Shown: in pieces, positions 54,063 to 64,000 of the stretch
Position numbering within the stretch: position 1 is the first letter of the stretch
Layout of the letters: each line of letters begins with the position of its first letter
From: Octopus sinensis
Taxonomy: Eukaryota
DNA: 64,000 nt
Direction of reading: 5' to 3'
NCBI RefSeq assembly: GCF_006345805.1
Contig: NC_043002.1
Location: 31,062,001-31,126,000, forward strand
Program-made: the position numbers and the translations under genes
The notes under the pieces: model-generated
Database searches by the model: none
Seen by the model: only the letters and a program-made list of their open reading frames with translations
What the model was told of the DNA's origin: nothing

Positions 54063-54393
54063 AAATATATAGATGTTTACTTATATGTCTTATGTATGTA
54101 TGCATACATATATGCATATATATATATGAATATATATTATATATTTATATCTATGCATATATATATATATAATATATTATGAATATAATATATAATATAT
54201 ATAATATATATGCATATATGCATGCAAATACATACACATTCAAATAAGTAATCCTATAATCTATTACCTATACTTACACACGGACACACACATACATGTA
54301 TATGTGCCTGAGTGTATATATACACACATATACATATATACATTGAAGTATGTGTGTGCTTGTGTGTGTGCGTATGTATTTGCATGTATTTTG

Positions 54394-54428
<35 letters not shown>

Positions 54429-54430
54429 TA
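48700..54430. repeat. Long low-complexity domain: GA-rich, (TA)n, (CTA/GTA)n, (GAT)n, (GGT)n
   Basis: Directly visible. Confidence 0.9.
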
Positions 54431-54937
54431 TGTGTGATCCTGCGTGGTAATCCTTGTGTGAATTAACAGTGTTGTGTATGTTCTTTATATTGTTTTGGAG
54501 GAAATTTGATTAAAACTCTTACGTATTTTAGATTTAATTTGCAGTTTCTTACTCTGCCGCATCAATTCCTTTATAATTTCAAATTTATAAATGTTTAGTG
54601 ATTTAAAGAGTTTTATTTTTTAAATACACTGAAGGAACAAATGATTTTTGTTTGATATTTTTATTTTCTTAATTGCTTTGAATCATTGGCGTTTGTGTAT
54701 CAATTCGCTCAGTTTTCACATTTTTGCTAGATTTATGTTCAGTCTTTGGAGAAACGATTCGTATTCAATTTATAGATATTTATAATTATGAATGTGAAAA
54801 TATAATTCTGTAACACATATCAGAACTTGGAAAGAGATATGTAATTTATGTCATGTTATGTCTTAAATACCTGCTTGAATACAAAACTTTGTCGATATAT
54901 TTACATCTGTGCATGCATGCATGCATCTATCTATCTC

Positions 54938-55025
<88 letters not shown>

Positions 55026-55249
55026 GCTAGCTAGCTAGCTAGCTAGCTATCTATCTAGCTATCTATCTATCGATTAACGTACGAATGTTGTCAATATCCA
55101 GTTGAATGTCGAAAACTGCAACTCTTTAAATCTTACATACTTCAAATTTTGGTGGAGTATATTTGAAGATATAATATTTTATGACTGCATTAAATAAATA
55201 AAATTCTACGGAACAAATATTGTAAATTTTAAACACCATTTATGTTTTA

Positions 55250-56510
55250 CTGTTTGCATCGGATTACATGAAAATTAAACACTTTCGTCCGAAGCAGTAA
55301 TTTCACAATCGACGAGGAAGAGTGGAGAGTACAAATAGCGAACGAACCATGGAGATGGGAGAAATGTCTGTCTGACATCTCAACTTCGTTTCGGTCTATT
55401 CTTTTGGAGACTGCATAATACAAACTAAAAGATCGTATATGTTTCAATGGAAGGAACACTTTCATACGAAATCTCTCTCATACCTTTCACTAATAACTTT
55501 CACCTTTCTGACACAGCTAACTATACTTAACCACAAAAACGTCTCTAGCACAGTTTTCAAATACATCACGAAATTTATTAAATTTCCAAGGTCAAACGTT
55601 GTTAAAAACAAACAAGATGAGGACAAAAATCCGTCAAATGTAAATAATGTCAATAATGTAAATAGTGTACATAATTCCTCATCTCTTGAATATAGGACTG
55701 TATTTCCAAGGTCAAAGTCCCTTCAATTTATATGAGACGCATAACTACATGACATACATGCGAAATACCGATAACTGTCGTTCCCTTTCGCTTCGGAGGC
55801 GACTTCGTTTCGCCCAGCTTTGAGGGTTGCTGTGTTTTTAAAGACGATGTGTCTTTGAATAAATCTCCCCCGGTCAAAATACTACAGTTTTGTAGAATTT
55901 ACTAACATACAAACATTACGTACGTCATTGTCAATGCTTACATTATTGAGCAGATTAAAACACAAACTTTCAATTTTACTTTCTTTGTGCGATAACTTTG
56001 CACAACCTGGAATTGAATTTTCGCTATTTATACACATACCTTCAACTAGCCGGTATGAGTAGTTTCAGAGATGGAGCAGTGTGTGACACGGAAGAGCGGA
56101 AATGACCGCGAATTATCAATATATTTCGCCCTCTTTCACTTTTGGGGCGATTTCGGTCCCCACATCTGTAAGGTATGCTGAGCTTTTCTATGCAATACGT
56201 CTTTAAAGGGGTCCCCACTTCTCGGAATACCGCAGTTTTGTAGCGTTTACTAACACATACGCACATTGATAATGTAATATTGATAATAATTTCACTGCTC
56301 GCATACAGAGAAGATAAAACAGTTAAACCTTTTACATAGACAACGCGAACGTATGTACAACACATACTCCACGGTACCACAAATTCAAGCATCACGTGAA
56401 CAATAGAGAACCACTTCAATCTCAGCATAAACAAGAGAACCGCATTAGTTTTCGCAACACATTCAATATCTGGTTGAATATATCTATACAACCAACAGAA
56501 TACCTGCAAA
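55250..56510. promoter_or_regulatory. CpG-enriched unique island, possible promoter/enhancer
   Basis: Locally many CpGs; twin ATTTCCAAGGTCAAA (55582, 55702); tandem CGGAAG/CGGAAATG (56089-56104); AAG|GTATGC donor-like site at 56172. Confidence 0.25.
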
Positions 56511-57269
56511 GTTGTTAGGCACTGCTTCTTCAGCCTGACTAAGCAGGTAAAAAAAAAAAAAGAAATTCGAATTAATAATCATACATTATTTCGAGCAAGG
56601 CATTTGAAACAAAATGTTGACACGAAATTCAACACTGACGTAGAGAATTTATTAAAAGGAGTAAATCGGCAAAAAACACACCTATGTAGTCTTAAATTTA
56701 ATCTCTTCTCAGGTAATTGTATTTTATTTATGTTCTACAGGTGATGTCTAGTTAGGCAAAAACATACACTAAGTTGTCGCCATAGTTGCCAAAGATGTGA
56801 TTTATATCACCTTCAATAACTTCATTAAATATCTTATCCACAGAGTTCACTCTTTTCTCTTACTTAATATGGTTTTCATGAACTCCTAGTTTTCTTTTGC
56901 GTGTTTAATTTTCGGCTGGTTGACAATATTTCCGGTACACTATGACAAGGGCGTTACAACGTACTTAACTGCATATTCTGCGTTTAGACTTGTACACGTA
57001 CAAATGCAAATATATGAATATTTGTGTGTGTGTGTGTGTGTGTGTTTGTGTATGCGCATGTGTGTGTTTGTGTGTGCTTGTGTGTGCGTGTGTTTGTGCG
57101 TTTGTGTGTGCTTGTGTGTGTGTTTGTGTGTGTGCGCGTGTGTGTGTTTATGTGTGTGCGTGTTTCTGTTTGCTTGTGTGTGTGTGTTCGCGTGTGCGTG
57201 CGTGTGTGGGTGTTTGTGGGTGTGTGCATATGTGTGTATGCATATGTATTTTTTATGCTTATATTTTTA

Positions 57270-57430
57270 TGTTTCCGTCATTGAACTGCGGCCATATTAG
57301 GGTACCGCCTTCCAATCTCTATCCTGACAAACGAACCCCGATATTTTTGTCAAAATCCGGTACTTACTTTTTCACACTTTTTACCGAACGAGAGACATTA
57401 ACAAACCGACACTAGTTGTCAAGCGACAGG
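57270..57430 (-). mobile_element. Diverged SINE family B 3' half
   Basis: CATTGAACTGCGGCCAT, GGTACTTA, TTGTCAAGCG segments. Confidence 0.6.
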
Positions 57431-57517
57431 CGTTAAAACACGATCACAAAGGCAGAAAAACGTACATGCATGCATGCATACATACATACATACATACATA
57501 CATACATACATACTTAC

Positions 57518-57548
<31 letters not shown>

Positions 57549-57880
57549 CATACATACATACATACATACATACTGCCTAAATACGAGTCATAAGAAATTA
57601 GGCTTCTTAAATCAGAAAGGAGAAAGCTAATTGGGGGACTACAGATCCAAGCCATCATTGGAAGCTTTCCAGAAGTTTTATCATTTAAGTATATATGAAC
57701 ATGTGTAGTTATTTAAGTATACGGATGAAGAGACATGCATAAAAGGAAATATATAAATTTGCACATACACATAGATGCCCTGTTGTTAATGTTGAAATTC
57801 CACTGAAAGAACCTTGGAGCTAGCTTAGAAACCAGCTCTATTGGCAAGAAATCTTGAAATAAAACTGAATAATGACATAC

Positions 57881-58315
57881 GTAGGAGTGGCTGTGTGGTA
57901 AGAAGCTTGCTTACGAACCACATGATTCCGGGTTCAGTCCCACTGCGTGGCACCTTGGGCAAGTGTCTTCTTCTATAGCCTTGAGTTGACCAAAGCCTTG
58001 TGAGCGGATTTGGTAGACGGAAACTGAAAGAAGCCCGTCGTATATATGTATGTATGGATGTATGTATGTATATATATATATATATGTGTGTGTGTGTGCG
58101 TGTGTGTGTATTTGTGTGTCTGTGTTTGTCCCCCAACATCGCTTGATAACCGATGCTGGTGTGTTTACATCCCCGTAACTTCGGCAAAAGCGACCGATAG
58201 AATAAGTACTAGGCTTACAAAGAATAAGTCTCAAGCTCGATTTGCTCGATTGGCTAAAGGATTTGTTCCAGTATGGCCACAATCAAATGACTGAAACAAG
58301 TAAAAGATTAAAAGT
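57881..58315 (+). mobile_element. Full-length SINE family B
   Basis: GGAGTGGCTGTGTGGTAAG A-box, GGTTCAGTCCC B-box, tail TGACTGAAACAAGTAAAAG. Confidence 0.93.
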
Positions 58316-58586
58316 GAGTATACAGACGCATACATCCATTCACAGACATATTCACACGATGGACTGCTCCAAAGTCCAAGAGAAAGAGTGAGTGAAGAGT
58401 GCGAGAGAGAAAGTAGTCCCTTGTATACATCATTGAACCGCATACATTCGATTATCTATCGACTATTTGTACTGAACAACTCATAACTGCGAATTTGAAA
58501 CGTGTATTTCCGTCACAGCAATATTTACAAGACAAATTGAATAATATATATACAAATAATTAAAATTAAATGAACTACTACTACTA

Positions 58587-58651
<65 letters not shown>

Positions 58652-59784
58652 AATGCATATTTTTTTTTACAAGTGTTCGATGCTATCATAATAGTACAAA
58701 ACAAATATATCCTCACTAATAGAAATGAAAAGGAAACAATATGTATAAATATGTGTTGACCTTAAGAGCAATACGGTATCGAAAATAAAAGAAATATAGA
58801 AATCATCACTACAGACAATAACTACAAACATAACAACAACAGCAACATCTGCAATTATCATGACATGAAACTTGGAACATTAACCAATATAACAAAAAAA
58901 AAAAAAAAAAAACCTAAAGCGACTCAGAATAAAACGGCGACCTTAAACAGTAGAGTTGTCTACCACCACTACCTGTCCCTTATTAACCTTATGCTAACAT
59001 TGAAAATCCTCCATTGCCAGTCACTGAAAACATCTGGCCTGTTTCTGAAATTTAATAATATTTCATGCTGTAGTCCAGGCCACTTCGTACCCTTCCCCTT
59101 AAAATCAATATATGATCTCTCATTAACTCCTTCAACATAATCATCATCGTCATCATCCTCACCATCATCATTGCTGCCGTCGTCGTCGTCGTCGTCATCG
59201 TCATCATTATCATCATCATGAAATCCTGAGTAGCAACCCAACTCTTGCATCATCACATTTATCATCGACATCATCACGTATACCGGTTTGTATTAAACAG
59301 AAACAAAGATTTATTAACAAAAAACAAAAACAAAAACAAAAAAAAAACAAAATGACCGCTTGTATGATCAGGCAGTTATTTTATCGTATCATAGTAGAGG
59401 TGATGGCTAACAACTCGTTGAAATATAAGCGCACCGGACTAAAAATAAATAAATAAATAAAACACAGCAATATTTCCCCTGGCTTTTTTTTACGTTCTGA
59501 ATTCAAATTTTACCGTAGTGGACTTTGCCTTTAAGAGTTTTACGGTGGATGAAATAAAATATCAGTCGACATGGAGGGCGATGAATTTCAGATATGCTAG
59601 ACTGGAGGGTGGACACATTTGCAATTAAGTGTGTTTTTATCAGGCAACGGCCTGCTTCAGTTTTTAAGTTTTCAGTGGTCAATTTTGTAGAGAGCTTATA
59701 ATCGTTACAATCGCTAATACACACACGCGTATATATGCATATATGTATGCATATAAGTATGTATGTATGTATGTATGTATCTAT

Positions 59785-59823
<39 letters not shown>

Positions 59824-59900
59824 CTATCTATCTATCTATCTATTCTATCTATCTATCTATCTATCTGTCTGTCTATCTATCTATCTCTCTAGCTAGCTAG

Positions 59901-59952
<52 letters not shown>

Positions 59953-59956
59953 TTAC

Positions 59957-59991
<35 letters not shown>

Positions 59992-60467
59992 CGTGTGTGT
60001 GTATTTGTGTGTCTGTGTTTGTCCCCCAACATCGCTTGATAACCGATGCTGGTGTGTTTACATCCCTGTAACTTCGGCAAAAGCGACCGATAGAATAAGT
60101 ACTAGGCTTACAAAGAATAAGTCTCAAGCTCGATTTGCTCGATTGGCTAAAGGATTTGTTCCAGTATGGCCACAATCAAATGACTGAAACAAGTAAAAGA
60201 TTAAAAGAGAGTATACAGACGCATACATCCATTCACAGACATATACACACGATGGACTGCTCCAAAGTCCAAGAGAAAGAGTGAGTGAAGAGTGCGAGAG
60301 AGAAAGTAGTCCCTTTGTATACATCATTGAACCGCATACATTCGATTATCTATCGACTATTTGTACTGAACAACTCATAACTGCGAATTTGAAATGTGTA
60401 TTTCCGTCACAGCAATATTTACAAGACAAATTGAATAATATATATACAAATAATTAAAATTAAATGA

Positions 60468-60524
<57 letters not shown>

Positions 60525-61667
60525 GCTGCTGCTGCTGAATGCATATTTTTTTTTACAAGTGTTTCGATGCTATCATAATAGTACAAAACAAATATATCCT
60601 CACTAATAGAAATGAAAAGGAAACAAATATGTATAAATATGTGTTGACCTTAAGAGCAATACGGTATCGAAAATAAAAGAAATATAGAAATCATCACTAC
60701 AGACAATAACTACAAACATAACAACAACAGCAACATCTGCAATTATCATGACATGAAACTTGGAACATTAACCAATATAACAAAAAAAAAAAAAAAAACC
60801 TAAAGCGACTCAGAATAAAATGGCGACCTTAAACAGTAGAGTTGTCTACCACCACTACCCTGTCCCTTATTAACCTTATGCTAACATTGAAAATCCTCCA
60901 TTGCCAGTCACTGAAAACATCTGGCCTGTTTCTGAAATTTAATAATATTTCATGCTGTAGTCCAGGCCACTTCGTACCCTTCCCCTTAAAATCAATATAT
61001 GATCTCTCATTAACTCCTTCAACATAATCATCATCGTCATCATCCTCACCATCATCATTGCTGCCGTCGTCGTCGTCGTCGTCATCGTCATCATTATCAT
61101 CATCATGAAATCCTGAGTAGCAACCCAACTCTTGCATCATCACATTTATCATCGACATCATCACGTATACCGGTTTGTATTAAACAGAAACAAAGATTTA
61201 TTAACAAAAAACAAAAACAAAAACAAAAAAAAACAAAATGACCGCTTGTATGATCAGGCAGTTATTTTATCGTATCATAGTAGAGGTGATGGCTAACAAC
61301 TCGTTGAAATATAAGCGCACCGGACTAAAAATAAATAAATAAATAAAACACAGCAATATTTCCCCTGGCTTTTTTTTACGTTCTGAATTCAAATTTTACC
61401 GTAGTGGACTTTGCCTTTAAGAGTTTTACGGTGGATGAAATAAAATATCAGTCGACATGGAGGGCGATGAAATTTCAGATATGCTAGACTGGAGGGTGGA
61501 CACATTTGCAATTAAGTGTGTTTTTATCAGGCAACGGCCTGCTTCAGTTTTTAAGTTTTCAGTGGTCAATATTGTAGAGAGCTTATAATCGTTACAATCG
61601 CTAATACACACACGCGTATATATGCATATATGTATGCATATAAGTATGTATGTATGTATGTATCTAT

Positions 61668-61745
<78 letters not shown>

Positions 61746-61779
61746 GTCTTTCTATCTATCTATCTCTCTAGCTAGCTAG

Positions 61780-61814
<35 letters not shown>

Positions 61815-61824
61815 TCTATCTATT

Positions 61825-61827
<3 letters not shown>
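58070..61827. repeat. ~1.87-1.89 kb tandem duplication (58070-59956 / 59957-61827)
   Basis: Near-identical units; all three junctions fall in (TA)n; copy 2 begins with the 3' half of the SINE. Confidence 0.95.
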
Positions 61828-61880
<53 letters not shown>

Positions 61881-61881
<1 letters not shown>

Positions 61882-62297
61882 TCTTTACTCTTTTTACTCT
61901 TTTACTTGTTTCAGTCATTTTGACTGCGGCCTCTGCTGGAGCACCGCCTTTAGTCGAGCAAATCGACTCCGGGACTTATTTTTTGTAAGCCCAGTACTTA
62001 TTCTATCGGTCTCTTTTGCCGAACCGCTAAGTGACGGGGACGTAAACACACCAGCATCGGTTGTCAAGCAATGCTAGGGGGACAAACACAGACACACAAA
62101 CATACACACATACATACATACATATACATATATACGACAGGCTTCTTTCAGTTTCCGTCTACCAAATCCAATCACAAGGCATTGGTCGGCCCGGGGCTAT
62201 AGCAGAAGACACTTGCCCAAGATGCTACGCAGTGGGACTGAACCCGGAACCATGTGGTTGGTTAGCAAGCTACTTACCACACAGCCATTCCTGCGCC
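61881..62297 (-). mobile_element. Full-length SINE family B
   Basis: Head GGCGCAGGAATGGCTGTGTGG on minus, (AGTAAAAG)n-like tail, (TA)n on both flanks. Confidence 0.95.
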
Positions 62298-62319
62298 TAT
62301 ATATATATATATTATATAT

Positions 62320-62443
<124 letters not shown>

Positions 62444-62449
62444 CTGACT

Positions 62450-62813
62450 CGACTCTGTCGGTCACGAATGTCCATAGGTGCACCTAAGAGGTTCCCCTCG
62501 GGGTACAAGTCTTGACGGAAATTCGCCTCATCACCAAACGCACAACCTAGGCTGATTTTTAATATAAGACCAGTAGTCGCCCACACATACCAGCGTCCAA
62601 TCTCTACGCCACCAATGTTATCCAAGAGAAAGGAAAAGACCGATGCAGCTTAACATAAGTTACGTCGCAACTCATTTCTTCAGGTTAGTGAACAGGAGCA
62701 ACGTGAAATTGAGTGTCTTGCTCAAGAACACAACACGCAACCCGATCCTGGAATCCAACTCACAACCTCCTCACGATCGTAAGCTCGACGCTCTAATCAC
62801 TGAGCCATGCGCC
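62450..62813 (-). mobile_element. tRNA-derived SINE family C
   Basis: Minus head GGCGCATGGCTCAGTGATTAGAGCGTCG..GAGTTGGATTCC; body colinear with 13860-14150. Confidence 0.85.
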
Positions 62814-64000
62814 TTCACACACATACATATATAAATGGTCGCACTCAAATGACTGAAATAACCAAAAGATTAAAAATACACAGTAATCAACGACTATCGC
62901 GTGTGTTAGGTTCCACCACCACACCCGTGGTAGGGAGAATCAGCGAAATAAAAACAGTACTATACAGTATATTTTAAAAATTATATTTATAATTTGTATA
63001 TTTATTTTATAAATAAAAAAAAATCACAGACGGAGGAATCGACGTAAGCTGAAATGATATACCGCCATAGTTGAACCACAATATGGCATGGGATTACTAT
63101 ATATATATGTGTGGGGGGGGGTATTTATCTATGTGTGTGTGTGTGTGTATGTCTGTATGTGAACTTGTCACTTGACAAAATTCGTCTTTAGTGATAAATA
63201 AGAATTATTTATCACTAAATAATTCAGTATATATTTGGATAACCAGGTGAATATTATTGGATAGAGTAGATTCTTCCATACATACTTCTGCCTTTCAAGA
63301 TAATATATGAATGTGATAAAAGTATATAAAAAAACTAAAGAAACAGTAAATCCTTCGGTAGAAAATGACCAAGAAAGAGTAAAAGAAGTGGTAGAGGAAG
63401 AAAATATCACTGAATGTACAGAATAGAGACAAAGAAGATAACTTGGAATATAGCAGAAGACCTAAATGTAAAGTGGTGAAGAAAGAAATAAGGATCAGAA
63501 TTTGAGGAAGGATAATAGATTATATGACTATATAAGAATATAAGAAAGGCTGGAAAGAGAGCAAGAAAGCTGACAGATTGTGATGAAAGAGAGAGAATAT
63601 CCGAGGATAATTACGAAAAAGGATAAGTGAAATCAAAGAATTAGTCTGCGAGGAATTTTTTAGAAAAATTTCTAAAGGATTTTTGTTTGTATTGACAAAA
63701 TCAAACAAATATACAAATATTATTAAATAAAAATGACTTCTGCTTAATTCTCTCAAGAAAAACAGCTTCGGTTTTCTTTTCTAAAAAATAAAATCACACT
63801 TTATCTTTCTTTTTTTACTATCTGGCAATGAAAGTACTTTTATTTTTAATATTTGCCATAGAAAAATACTTTGTAAATCTGCCAAGGAATACAGTTTCTT
63901 TATAATTTGGCAAAACAAACAGTTTCTTTCTTTTTATTTTTGCAATTTACCAACGAAGCCGAATGTTTTTAATGCGCCAGCGAAACTGTCAGTGATGTAT

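Noticed and set aside
56042-56509. ORF with a GPCR TM5-like segment (FVVPWSMCCTYVRV)
   Set aside because: P-to-Y spacing is off by one, there are no other TM motifs and no true start; probably chance.
58969-59277. ORF ..YVEGVNERSYIDFKGKGTKWPGLQHEILLNFRNRPDVFSDWQWR.. (duplicated at 60829-61164)
   Set aside because: The N-terminal half is (GAT)n, no domain is recognised, and the copies differ by a frameshifting indel near the end.

Overview
AT-rich eukaryotic DNA dominated by microsatellites ((TA)n, (CA)n, (AAT)n, (GAA)n, (GAT)n, (CTAT)n) and transposon debris. The SINE and LINE families look like those of Octopus (recognised from memory, not a database search). No host gene can be named, and nearly all ORFs in the track are microsatellite artefacts. 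Supported content: one 5'-truncated CR1-clade LINE (APE + RT, frameshifted) plus an older copy; three families of R4/Dong-type restriction-like-endonuclease LINEs, mostly sitting in (TAA)n; at least three tRNA-derived SINE families; mariner remnants and MITEs; three long foldback elements; and a ~1.9 kb near-identical tandem duplication. Most interesting: (1) minimal hammerhead-ribozyme motifs in short ORF-less Penelope-like modules (~10.25 kb, ~36.04 kb, ~36.40 kb); (2) head-to-tail SINE concatemers with an identical junction at two independent loci; (3) four same-orientation Dong-derived inserts stacked in one (TTA)n tract, with evidence that a common ~0.55 kb repeat is the 3'UTR of a Dong LINE; (4) a high density of inverted repeats that could give dsRNA. 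A few candidate small exons and a CpG-rich promoter-like island are reported at low confidence.
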